Source: Parcubacteria bacterium C7867-001
GTDB lineage: Bacteria > Patescibacteriota > Minisyncoccia > Phycocordibacterales > Phycocordibacteraceae
Reading direction: 5' to 3'
NCBI GenBank assembly: GCA_001189095.1
Contig: LFCK01000001.1
Location: 215,251 to 251,158, forward strand
DNA: 35,908 nucleotides
Part shown: one piece after another, positions 21,809-30,225 of the stretch
Numbering within the stretch: the stretch's first letter is position 1
Layout of the letters: each line of letters begins with the position of its first letter
Made by a program: the position numbers and the translations under genes
Notes under the pieces: model-generated
Seen by the model: only the letters and a program-made list of their open reading frames with translations
Database searches by the model: none
Told to the model about the DNA's origin: nothing

Positions 21809-21959
21809 AGATTAGAACCTCCCAAAACCCAAGCGCGCCAATACGGAATGACGGAAACCTTGACTTCGTGAACAAATGTGGTCCCTACTTCACTATATTA
21901 GAACCTCTATCATGGAGAGAAAAGCTATACGGTTCCTACAAATCGTTGATACCTGGTAA
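21809..21959 (+). repeat. Internal att junction (P-P' like): frameshifted recombinase remnant plus tail B (WSLLHYIRTSIMERKAIRFLQIVDTW*)
   Basis: GTGAACAAATGTGG vs GTGAACGAATGTGG at 32772 (13/14); RLEPPK vs ILEPPK; right half matches 20124-20203. Confidence 0.8.
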
Positions 21960-22073
21960 TACTTTCCTTGCCCATCACCAACCTCCTTATCAATTCTCGT
22001 AGGTCGTTTCTCATATTGGGAAGTACAGATTAGAACCAGGTGGCTAATCATTTAGAAACGATATTATCGAATC

Positions 22074-22595
22074 TCAGCGAACGAAGTACGGGAAGTAGTG
22101 CATTTGATGGAAGGTGTGTCCTCCTTCATGCAGTAAGATTGCCAGAATCAAAACCGCGACTCCTATATATAAGAGGAGATAGGTAGAAGCGAAGAAGCGT
22201 CCACTCCCGTTGTTTGAGCCAGCATTTTCCCACTCCTTCGGATATAAGGATGACTCTTCGTCATCGAAAGTTTTTGGAGTGAATAGTCCGAGAGCTTTTT
22301 CCAGCCGCACAGCTACCTGTTGCTGTTTCTGGAATCCTTTGTAGAGGTCATCAAGGAAGTTGAAACGAAGTGCCCAAAAGGCAACGACTACTCCGACTAT
22401 ATAAAGGAGCTTCTGACATGGAGAGAACTCCACATCACTTTGGATAAGCCAACCACTAGCCGCAAGCATAAGGCCGAGTGCCCACACACAGATATTCTGA
22501 ATTCGCTCTCGGATTGCATGTATGGACTTGTACCGCTCCTCTAGACCAGATACGAGGATGGATACTTTCTGCTCGTTGTCGAAGTGATGTGTCAT
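22074..22595 (-). CDS. 3-TM membrane protein, putative CBASS effector
   Basis: ATGA overlap with the cyclase stop; three hydrophobic helices. Confidence 0.75.
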   Translation of the reverse strand: MTHHFDNEQKVSILVSGLEERYKSIHAIRERIQNICVWALGLMLAASGWLIQSDVEFSPCQKLLYIVGVVVAFWALRFNFLDDLYKGFQKQQQVAVRLEKALGLFTPKTFDDEESSLYPKEWENAGSNNGSGRFFASTYLLLYIGVAVLILAILLHEGGHTFHQMHYFPYFVR

Positions 22596-23476
22596 GGGGC
22601 TAGATAATTCCACGCGGCTTTAGTAAATACTTCGGCCTTCGTAGGAGTGTGGTTAGTTCCTCGAAGTAGCCATTCAAGCTGACTAACCTCCTTATAGTTT
22701 GGATGAGCAGAGGCATCTCTCATATCGGTCCAGATATGAGAAAGAACATCGCGGGCATCCTCTCGGTAAGTGCTATTGAGGAATCGGTGTTCAGGAGCAT
22801 TCCAAACGAGTGATTCGATAAGGAAGGATGACATACTATCCTTCGCAAGAAGTCCCTTGTCTTCCATTTCCCTGCGAGTGTTTTTGAGAACACGGACAAT
22901 CGCCTTGTACGCCTGTGATGTCTCGTCATTCTTTGCCACGCCACTTGCGTAGTGCTGTTCGGGATAGCTGTGAATCACAGTCCCTCCATCCGTAAGAATC
23001 CCGATGCCTACTTCTGATACGAGATTAGGAGAGTTATACCGTTTCGACTGGAAAGCAGGTACAACATCAGCATTCACTCGGTAGGTATTGCCTGCAACTC
23101 TGATGCATTTGTTTTTTCTAGTCGCATAGCCCAATCCGAATTTGTCATTCAATGCCTGATGAACATCATTCTTGAATTGAGCAAAAGTATAGACGGGTGT
23201 TGATACGCCAGCCCAATGACCAGCGTGGTGTTCATTCGGAAGGTTCCGTAAGTCCGAGTAGTAGATGTCATCGTAGACCACGGCAATATCAACATCACTG
23301 TCTGTACGAATATTTGTACGATTTCTGTGGGAACCTTGGTGGATGATAGTAATCGAATTACCGAACCGCTCACGCATGGCTTCCACCACCATGCTTTTTG
23401 CATTCTCACAGCGATTATCCTCAGTCTCGCTGAGTGCTTTTGCCCATGTGTTGATGCGCTCATCACTGACATTCAT
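22592..23476 (-). CDS. CD-NTase (cGAS/DncV-like, CdnE-like) cyclic oligonucleotide synthase
   Basis: QGSHRNRTNIRTDSDVDI, KNKCI, ADVVP, YPEQH..GVAKN, YKAIVRVLK, SFLIESLVWN; TATTAT 6 nt before ATG 23476. Confidence 0.88.
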   Translation of the reverse strand: MNVSDERINTWAKALSETEDNRCENAKSMVVEAMRERFGNSITIIHQGSHRNRTNIRTDSDVDIAVVYDDIYYSDLRNLPNEHHAGHWAGVSTPVYTFAQFKNDVHQALNDKFGLGYATRKNKCIRVAGNTYRVNADVVPAFQSKRYNSPNLVSEVGIGILTDGGTVIHSYPEQHYASGVAKNDETSQAYKAIVRVLKNTRREMEDKGLLAKDSMSSFLIESLVWNAPEHRFLNSTYREDARDVLSHIWTDMRDASAHPNYKEVSQLEWLLRGTNHTPTKAEVFTKAAWNYLAP

Positions 23477-23548
23477 GCCTACATAATACGCCTCTAAAAA
23501 AGTCAATGCAAAATTCCTTTTAAGGGACCTAGTGGCCTTGTCTATTAC

Positions 23549-23576
23549 AAACAGAGCCCCTTCTGGGGCTCTGTTT
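23549..23576. terminator. Terminator of the metal operon
   Basis: AAACAGAGCCCC-ttct-GGGGCTCTGTTT. Confidence 0.8.
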
Positions 23577-23593
23577 CGACACCTGCAAGTCTC

Positions 23594-24220
23594 TTAAAGA
23601 AGTATTAGTAATAAGCCAGCAAGAGCTGCCATCCCGAAATCTTCAATAAGAGTAATCTTAGTCAATGGAACTTTAAGAAAGGTTCCAAGGCACGCGCACA
23701 GGAATTCTTCCTTCCGAGCTATCTTTATAGCTACTCCAATGCCACTGAACAACATTACGGCTAATTCTACCCACAGCAGAGCTGGGCTATGTATTCCAGC
23801 GAGCATTAATAGACCAAAGCCTAGTTCGAGGAATGGGTAGATATATCCGTATCCCATCCACTTCTGTGCAAGCAGGTCATAGGTTGAGTACCCTTCTGCG
23901 AATCCCTTAAGGTCTAGGAGCTTGAAGCCAGCAAAGACGATAAAGAACCCGGCCATGAAGTACCCTATGGTACTGGTAAGGGCGAACGTTCCATTGAAGT
24001 AGTCAGCGAGTGAAGCTGCAACGGTTGAGATCGTAAGCAGACCAAAGATGACAATGAGAGGGATATAGCTCTTCCAGGTGATTGGACCCAGGCCTCTATC
24101 CTCCATCATTTGCTTAGGTTTAGCCTTCTCTGTGCCTTCCAGTACCAGAGCCATTCCGCACTTCGGACAGCGACCTGGACCTTCTTGCTGTATCTCTGGA
24201 TGCATTGGGCAGATGTACAT
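23594..24220 (-). CDS. Heavy-metal-binding domain fused to MauE/DoxX-like membrane domain
   Basis: YICPMHP..GRCPKCGM; YPFLEL, CACLG. Confidence 0.85.
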   Translation of the reverse strand: MYICPMHPEIQQEGPGRCPKCGMALVLEGTEKAKPKQMMEDRGLGPITWKSYIPLIVIFGLLTISTVAASLADYFNGTFALTSTIGYFMAGFFIVFAGFKLLDLKGFAEGYSTYDLLAQKWMGYGYIYPFLELGFGLLMLAGIHSPALLWVELAVMLFSGIGVAIKIARKEEFLCACLGTFLKVPLTKITLIEDFGMAALAGLLLILL

Positions 24221-24222
24221 AG

Positions 24223-24696
24223 TTAGATTTGTTCGTAGCTGATAACAATGCGCTCCTTATCTTTCAGTACCGTGCTCTCGAAGGAATCTACTTCTACACC
24301 ATCAACTGTGATGCGAACACGATGATTCGCATCCGCCTTAAAGCCTAGGATTTCGTCCTTACTGAACGGCTGCTTCCATACGGCAAAGAAATCAGCAAGC
24401 GTGTAGTCTCGCTTCTCAGGCGACTCTACATGAATCACTCCATCTGGAGTATGTGTATGAAGCGCAGTCATACAGGTTTGCTGAACGCCGATATTCGTAG
24501 GCACAGAGACGTTCTCTCCATTCGCCACAATCTCGAGTATTGGGTGGACATGGAATCCCCCTGCCATTTCGTCATCACAGAGAAGCGCTAACTCACGGTT
24601 CGTAAGTTGGCTTATCGGCTTCTCTGGACTTCGAGAGAAATACAGCAGTCCTACTACTACAGCAATAAGCGAGATGATAATAATCGCGCTCTTCAT
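24223..24696 (-). CDS. Membrane-anchored His-motif protein, probable metal binding
   Basis: N-terminal TM; HVH, HTH..GVIHVE. Confidence 0.7.
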   Translation of the reverse strand: MKSAIIIISLIAVVVGLLYFSRSPEKPISQLTNRELALLCDDEMAGGFHVHPILEIVANGENVSVPTNIGVQQTCMTALHTHTPDGVIHVESPEKRDYTLADFFAVWKQPFSKDEILGFKADANHRVRITVDGVEVDSFESTVLKDKERIVISYEQI

Positions 24697-24697
24697 C

Positions 24698-25096
24698 CTA
24701 CTGTCCGTACCAAGCTGCCTTCCAATCCTGCATCTGCTTAATCTCTGTGTTCTGTGCGGAGATTATATTTTTCGCAAGGTCTTTTATCTCCTGGTGCTTT
24801 GCATTCTGAAGAGCAGCTTCAGCCATCATTACAGCTCCCTGGTGGTGCATAATCATCTCCGTAAGGAAGGCTTGGTCGAAAGCATCTCCGGTCTTTCCGT
24901 TAAGAGACTGCATCATAGAATCCATCTGTCCCTGCATGCCACTATTCATCGAGCCTCCCATCATTGTGCCGTCAGGCATCGTATGACCACCAGTTGTAGC
25001 AACTGGCTGAGGAGCCTTACTCATACCAAGCGCGTATCCTCCTCCGGCACCGATAATAAGAGCAATGAGTCCGATAACAATTACATTCTTTTCCAT
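24698..25096 (-). CDS. DUF305/CopM-like Met/His-rich copper-binding protein
   Basis: HTMPDGTMM, FDQAFLTEMIMHHQGAVMMA, IISAQNTEIKQM. Confidence 0.88.
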   Translation of the reverse strand: MEKNVIVIGLIALIIGAGGGYALGMSKAPQPVATTGGHTMPDGTMMGGSMNSGMQGQMDSMMQSLNGKTGDAFDQAFLTEMIMHHQGAVMMAEAALQNAKHQEIKDLAKNIISAQNTEIKQMQDWKAAWYGQ

Positions 25097-25135
25097 AGAT
25101 TTTTGTTAGTTAAGTAAGGCAAACAGGAAATGAAT

Positions 25136-25504
25136 CTATGGAGCCTTAGGATGAAGAATTCCGCTTGAGAATAATTCTTGCAGTAGTGGCGGTGCTGGAT
25201 AGAAACGCCTTCGATATCCTGGTGGTCGTTCAGGCTTTAAAACAGTTAACCAGAGCCAAGCTACCGCTAGGACAGGTATCGCAAAAGTGAGGACTTCTAC
25301 CAACGTAATAGCAAAAGTCTGTTGCCAATTGGTGAGATGGTCCAAGATAGACATGGAGCAGAGGGATGCCTCTCCTTGCATAAAGGGGCATCCGCCCATG
25401 CTATGGTCCATAGGCATTGCCATAAGGATAAGCATTAAAAACGGCACTACGAGCACCAGCAGAATTGCTGACCAGGAGAAAAATCTCTGTATGGGCTCAG
25501 ACAT
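25136..25504 (-). CDS. Small membrane protein heading the metal operon (DUF2946-like architecture)
   Basis: TM, MDH..CPFM..C, TM, Pro-rich C-terminus; TAGAAT 6 nt before ATG. Confidence 0.65.
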   Translation of the reverse strand: MSEPIQRFFSWSAILLVLVVPFLMLILMAMPMDHSMGGCPFMQGEASLCSMSILDHLTNWQQTFAITLVEVLTFAIPVLAVAWLWLTVLKPERPPGYRRRFYPAPPLLQELFSSGILHPKAP

Positions 25505-25586
25505 CAACCTATTCTATACCTTATCTCTCTAGGAAAAAGGTACACTTATATTTAGGTACCTATTAGCTAATTTCTATAGACTTCTT

Positions 25587-26039
25587 ATGAATATGAAAGA
25601 TACCTCCTACAGCAAACTTGCCCTCATGGCAGGACTCCATGTAGTCGCCATGTTCGTCCTGATGTTCGCCATGGTAAACACGTTTGCGAACGCCGTTCCG
25701 AATATCAACTTCTTGTACATGGGGTTCATGATGACCGCGCCGATGCTCATCCTTGAAATGCTCTTGATGGGCATGATGTACAAGGACAAGAAATTGAACA
25801 AGATTGTAATTCTAATCGGATTCATTATTCTAGTGGTCTCATTCCTAATGATTAGGTATCAGACCTTTGTAGGAGATAAGGGCTTTCTCCAATCAATGAT
25901 TCCCCATCACTCCGGTGCTGTACTTATGTGTGAGAAGGCAAAGATAACAGACCCAGAGATCCAACAGCTCTGCGCAAATATTATTGCTAGTCAGCAGGAA
26001 GAAATTAACCAGATGAATGAGATTCTAGATAGGCTGTAA
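25587..26039 (+). CDS. Membrane DUF305-domain protein
   Basis: 3 Met-rich TM, then FLQSMIPHHSGAVLMC..SQQEEI. Confidence 0.85.
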   Translation: MNMKDTSYSKLALMAGLHVVAMFVLMFAMVNTFANAVPNINFLYMGFMMTAPMLILEMLLMGMMYKDKKLNKIVILIGFIILVVSFLMIRYQTFVGDKGFLQSMIPHHSGAVLMCEKAKITDPEIQQLCANIIASQQEEINQMNEILDRL

Positions 26040-26186
26040 AGTTTAAGATAATAAGGTAAATCTCACCATAGAGTCGTTTTACTTCCACACAAGTAGGTAT
26101 TACCATAACTAGGTTCGACAGCCGAATAGAAATGACCTAACCCGCAAGCTTCACGCTACGGTATGGTCGAAAATCGTAAGCCATAG

Positions 26187-26267
26187 AAAACCCGTCATCA
26201 GGGCGTGGCTTACGTTATCAGGGGAAACTCTGGTAGGGCCGCAAGGCCTCCTGGTGGCGGGTTTTTT
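26187..26267 (+). ncRNA. Structured RNA resembling phage C4/CI antisense RNAs
   Basis: 16-bp closing stem, two GNRA hairpins, unpaired 11-mer complementary to flanking repeats. Confidence 0.65.
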
Positions 26268-26303
26268 GCTACCCACCAGGAATTACAAATCGTAAGCCAC
26301 GAT

Positions 26304-26756
26304 ATGAATAAAGAAATTCCTAATGGAGAAAAGCCTTCTCAAAAACAGATAACGAAAGGAGAAGGCATTACAGCAATCGTAGTTTTGATAATCTTCTGTT
26401 TTGTTGCATACCAGGCAATCACTTCAGTTCCGAAGGACAACAATACTGCACCCGCACCTGTTGCTGCTCAACCTACAAGGCATTCAGATATAGATGCCTA
26501 CATTGATGCTCAGGCAATAGTCGAGAAAACTCTTAAGGCTCCCTCTACGGCCAAGTTCCCATCATCTTCACACGCGACTGTAGAGCATTACGCGACAGAC
26601 GGATTCAAAGTAAGTTCGTATGTCGATTCACAAAACGGATTCGGAGCAATGATTCGTAGTGAGTGGACGGTCTTGTTCGAGTATGTGGACGAAAAGCTCA
26701 ATATCTACCAAGTAATCGTAGATGGAGAGGAAGTGTATAGGAAGCCAGGCACATAA
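26304..26756 (+). CDS. Single-TM exported protein (LKAPSTAKF / VDSQNGFGA type)
   Basis: Motif pair typical of phage/MGE membrane-anchored proteins; ATG just after the antisense target. Confidence 0.75.
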   Translation: MNKEIPNGEKPSQKQITKGEGITAIVVLIIFCFVAYQAITSVPKDNNTAPAPVAAQPTRHSDIDAYIDAQAIVEKTLKAPSTAKFPSSSHATVEHYATDGFKVSSYVDSQNGFGAMIRSEWTVLFEYVDEKLNIYQVIVDGEEVYRKPGT

Positions 26757-26899
26757 AGCCTGTCGTGGGTCCCCACGATCCTCCCTACAGTACGTTTAGG
26801 GTCATGGTAATGGTTTCTTATGGCCTTACGGAATAGACACCCCTCGTGGGTGCTTTTTCGTGTGCAAAGTGGCAATCTATATATGTACTGCACAATTGC

Positions 26900-27661
26900 A
26901 TGGATATTAACTTTCGATACACCCCACAAATACAGAGATACAACTCAGAGATGAGCCGGTATTGGAATGAGTGTCGCAAGCAAATGCCCGACCACGAGAT
27001 ACCGACATTCGATCCCCTCGTGATTAAGACCACGATTCCAGGAGAACCACTTGATGATGACTTGGGAGTAAACCGAACTGCTTATCTCAACTGGCTCGAA
27101 AAGCATCATGCAATCCGTTATCTAGAGGAAATGGATGGCATGACCACAGGCCATCAAGTACATCCTGATGGGGAGCACGAAATATACCCTTCCGACTTCA
27201 CACTTCATCTTCTCGATTTTAGACCCGTCATCAGTCTGGAGAACTCCTTCCACAATGGAGCAAATCCATTTACGAAGACAGACCCATACGCAGAAAGTCG
27301 ATACATTCGCATGAAGAATGACGGCTCATTCGTGTACGGGGGTGCTGGACGAGTAAAGCCGATAAAATTCAAGAGCTACAAGTCCCTCTACTATCGAGTA
27401 TTCCGTGCCGTCTACGAACTTGCTCCACACAACAAGGAATGTGTTCCCTATGATTCTATCGAGGAGCACATTGTCCGTCTTGGAGTTCCACCGGAAGCTA
27501 ACAGCGAAAAGCGACGACAGAGAATCAGAGAGGCAGTATCCAAGTCCCTTGAAGCAAACGCAAAGAGTCTCGACCTCCCCTTGAAGTACGAAGGAGTCCC
27601 AACCCTCACTCTTATTCAAGGAAAGGGATTTCGCTTCTCCAATCCTACAATTGAGGACTAG
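26900..27661 (+). CDS. Hypothetical protein with possible C-terminal winged HTH
   Basis: Helix RRQRIREAVSK followed by wing-like IQGKGFRF. Confidence 0.6.
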   Translation: MDINFRYTPQIQRYNSEMSRYWNECRKQMPDHEIPTFDPLVIKTTIPGEPLDDDLGVNRTAYLNWLEKHHAIRYLEEMDGMTTGHQVHPDGEHEIYPSDFTLHLLDFRPVISLENSFHNGANPFTKTDPYAESRYIRMKNDGSFVYGGAGRVKPIKFKSYKSLYYRVFRAVYELAPHNKECVPYDSIEEHIVRLGVPPEANSEKRRQRIREAVSKSLEANAKSLDLPLKYEGVPTLTLIQGKGFRFSNPTIED

Positions 27662-27699
27662 TAAGAAATAAAGAAAACCTCAAGAATTTCTAAAGATAT

Positions 27700-27727
27700 A
27701 AGACGGCTTTGTTGAGCCGTCTTTTTT
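27700..27727 (+). terminator. Intrinsic terminator
   Basis: AAGACGGCT-ttgttg-AGCCGTCTTTTTT. Confidence 0.75.
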
Positions 27728-27834
27728 GCTGCACGGTCAATTTTCTTTTTCGTACTTACCCTTTTTTGAGAGCACTCTTAAGAGAGCAACTGGGGGTATC
27801 ACTCCACGAGCATTAAAAAAATAAAACATTCCAT

Positions 27835-28029
27835 ATGAAAGCAGTTCAAATGATTACTGACGTGCAGGATTTTCTTAGCAACAAGGGCTACATCAAGACT
27901 TCGATGCTTGTTGAGCCGAACGGCAAGGTCCACCTCGTTCTGCGAGACAAGAAACGCGGTCAGACGATAACGGCACTCGTAAACGAAGTCGTGAAGCCAG
28001 ATATTAGCAACCTTGAGCCAATCTTCTAG
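27835..28029 (+). CDS. Small hypothetical protein
   Basis: 64 aa, first gene of a tightly packed operon. Confidence 0.65.
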   Translation: MKAVQMITDVQDFLSNKGYIKTSMLVEPNGKVHLVLRDKKRGQTITALVNEVVKPDISNLEPIF

Positions 28030-28031
28030 TT

Positions 28032-28247
28032 ATGGAAATTCCACCAGAAGTAAAGGAATTCATGGAGGTAAGCGGTAATCACTACAGCGTCATCACTGCC
28101 GACATGCCTGACGGAACTAAGAGCGTAATCTTGTTCCCGTCAGACCCAGGAGGAGAGAATGCTGGAGAGATAACAGAGGTCATTGAAGATATAGGGCGTC
28201 GCATTCTCGATGATGCCCCGACTTTCGAAGAATACTATGCACTCTGA
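28032..28247 (+). CDS. Small acidic hypothetical protein
   Basis: 71 aa, 2-nt gap upstream, overlaps primase start. Confidence 0.65.
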   Translation: MEIPPEVKEFMEVSGNHYSVITADMPDGTKSVILFPSDPGGENAGEITEVIEDIGRRILDDAPTFEEYYAL

Positions 28248-30060
28248 AAAACTACTCGAAGCGGCACTCGCCTACCTCGACGATTGCCGAACGGTCATTC
28301 CTCTCAACGGGAAAGTTCCTGTAATCCCTTCTTGGAAGGAGTACCAGGAAGGCAAAGCCCCGACTGCCGAAGAAATGACAGCATGGTTCAAGACCCACGG
28401 GGATAAAATCACGGGGCTGGGCATGGTCACGGGATATGTTCATGGACTTGCCGTTCTTGATTTGGAAAATGACGAAGACCCCACACGCTTTGAAATGCCG
28501 CCAACAGCAGTCAGTCGTACTGGCAGTGGTGGATGGCATTACTTCTTCGACTTCCCGAAGAATACGGACTTCGTTAAGTCAGGGAGTTTGATTCCCTCTG
28601 GTATCCACGGGGACATGAAGGCAGACGGAGGATATGTCGTAGTGCCTCCCTCAATTCATCCGATAACAGGCAATGCATATGAGTGGATTACCCCTCTCAC
28701 ACTTGAGACAGAGTTGCCTTCTATGCCAGAGTGGCTCGTCAAAATCGAAGATGATCGTAAGAAGAATGATATCGAGGCAACCGATTGGAAGGAAGTCTTA
28801 AGCGGAGCAAAAGAAGGTAGTCGGCACGAAACCGCAGTCAGACTCATGGGTAAGCTCGCATACCATCTTCCAGCTAAAGACTGGAACGATGTGGCTCGCC
28901 CTCTACTCCATGCTTGGAATTTGGAATTCAATCAACCACCTCTTCCCGACAAGGAGATAGATTCCATTTTTCGAGGCATTTCACAGAAGCAGAAAGGTCA
29001 AGGGGACGAGGGCACAACTTACGACTCCAAGGAGAATGTGCCGCACGCTACGCCCCGCACCCTTCTCACACTCTCCGCCATCATGACGATGCCCGAATCG
29101 GAACGACCTGAGTACCTCGTGTACGGCCTTATACCAGAGAAAGGCATCACAGCCGTAAGCGGCCATCCTGGAAGCGGAAAGAGCTGGTTCATGCTCCACC
29201 TCGCAAAGTGTGTCGCTTCTGGTGAGTCTTTCCTTGGACGCTTCAAGACGAAGTCAGGCAAAGTACTCATCATTGACGAAGAACAAGGAGCTTGGGAGCA
29301 ACGCCGTCGCATGGAGTTGCTTGGCTGTGCACCAGAGCTACCTGTCTATTTCTACTGCCTTGATGGGTTCAAGCTCGACAAGAAGGAAGACATGGACGCC
29401 CTGTTAAAAACCGTTAAGGAACAGGAAATCAGCCTTGTGATGCTCGACCCCTTCGTAGCTATCCATTCTCAGGACGAAAACTCAGCAGAAGGGGCACAGA
29501 AGGTCATGGAAGCACTTCAGAGATTCAACCTTGCAGGTGCAACGGTACTCTTCATTCATCACCACAGAAAAAGCACCTTCGGCTCCACAGGAGGAGCACA
29601 GAGCCTTCGCGGCTCGTCAGCTTACTCTGGTCGTCTTGATTCTCACATTACCGTGGACAAGAAATCCACCACTCCTTCGGAACAGCATCTCGACATCGAG
29701 CATGTGAAGTCGCGTAGAGGCCAGAATGTTGAGAAGTTCCAGGTTGTACTCACACAAGAAGGAGACGCGCCAGATAGCCCAATCAATCTTCGCTACGCAG
29801 ACGCCGAAGACCGCATTACGAAGAAGGATGAGGCACGCACGCTTATCATCACTTTCCTAGCCTCTAACGGGGACGCGACAAAGGAGGAGATTACCAAGGC
29901 CGTCCAAGACGAAGCGGAGATAGGAACGCGCAACATAGCAGAAGCCCTTTCTGTCATGACTAAAGACGAAAGCCTGACCATCTCCAAGGAGGGTAAGAAA
30001 AATAAATACCACCTGGAGGAAAAGGCACTTGCAGAGCCCGATGATGAACCACCTTACTAA
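28237..30060 (+). CDS. Bifunctional primase-polymerase fused to PriCT-like and AAA_25/RepA-like helicase domains
   Basis: LGMVTG, VLDLE, TGSGGWHYFF, GGYVVVPPS; GHPGSGKS, IDEE, LDP, IHHHRK, RGSSA. Confidence 0.9.
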   Translation: MHSEKLLEAALAYLDDCRTVIPLNGKVPVIPSWKEYQEGKAPTAEEMTAWFKTHGDKITGLGMVTGYVHGLAVLDLENDEDPTRFEMPPTAVSRTGSGGWHYFFDFPKNTDFVKSGSLIPSGIHGDMKADGGYVVVPPSIHPITGNAYEWITPLTLETELPSMPEWLVKIEDDRKKNDIEATDWKEVLSGAKEGSRHETAVRLMGKLAYHLPAKDWNDVARPLLHAWNLEFNQPPLPDKEIDSIFRGISQKQKGQGDEGTTYDSKENVPHATPRTLLTLSAIMTMPESERPEYLVYGLIPEKGITAVSGHPGSGKSWFMLHLAKCVASGESFLGRFKTKSGKVLIIDEEQGAWEQRRRMELLGCAPELPVYFYCLDGFKLDKKEDMDALLKTVKEQEISLVMLDPFVAIHSQDENSAEGAQKVMEALQRFNLAGATVLFIHHHRKSTFGSTGGAQSLRGSSAYSGRLDSHITVDKKSTTPSEQHLDIEHVKSRRGQNVEKFQVVLTQEGDAPDSPINLRYADAEDRITKKDEARTLIITFLASNGDATKEEITKAVQDEAEIGTRNIAEALSVMTKDESLTISKEGKKNKYHLEEKALAEPDDEPPY

Positions 30061-30221
30061 TGGCCATCTCTAGCAAAAGCCTTGAACGCTTCCGAGCAAT
30101 CTATGAGAGCCAGTACGGGAAAATTCTTACTGACGAGGAGTTAGACCGAAAGGCACAAATGCTCCTGAATCTCTACAAGGCTATCTACGGCAAACCAATT
30201 AAAAGACGTAAACGCAAATAA
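30060..30221 (+). CDS. Small 53-aa protein absent from the ORF track
   Basis: TAATG coupling; MAISSKSLERFRAIYESQYGKILTDEELDRKAQMLLNLYKAIYGKPIKRRKRK. Confidence 0.7.
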   Translation: MAISSKSLERFRAIYESQYGKILTDEELDRKAQMLLNLYKAIYGKPIKRRKRK

Positions 30222-30225
30222 TCCT

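Noticed and set aside
22017-22037. TGGGAAGTACAGATTAGAACC as a duplicated tRNA 3' end
   Set aside because: Resembles 32783-32804 but is gapped and mismatched with no cloverleaf; kept only as a motif copy
20124-22040. ATTAGAACC repeats as a CRISPR array or integron attC sites
   Set aside because: Only 9-18 bp, irregular spacing, no cas or intI gene, no attC hairpin; better explained as serine recombinase sites
25510-25586. CsoR/CueR operator in the divergent metal promoter
   Set aside because: Only short palindromes (TAGGTACCTA, TACCTT..AAGGTA) in AT-rich DNA and no cognate regulator in the window
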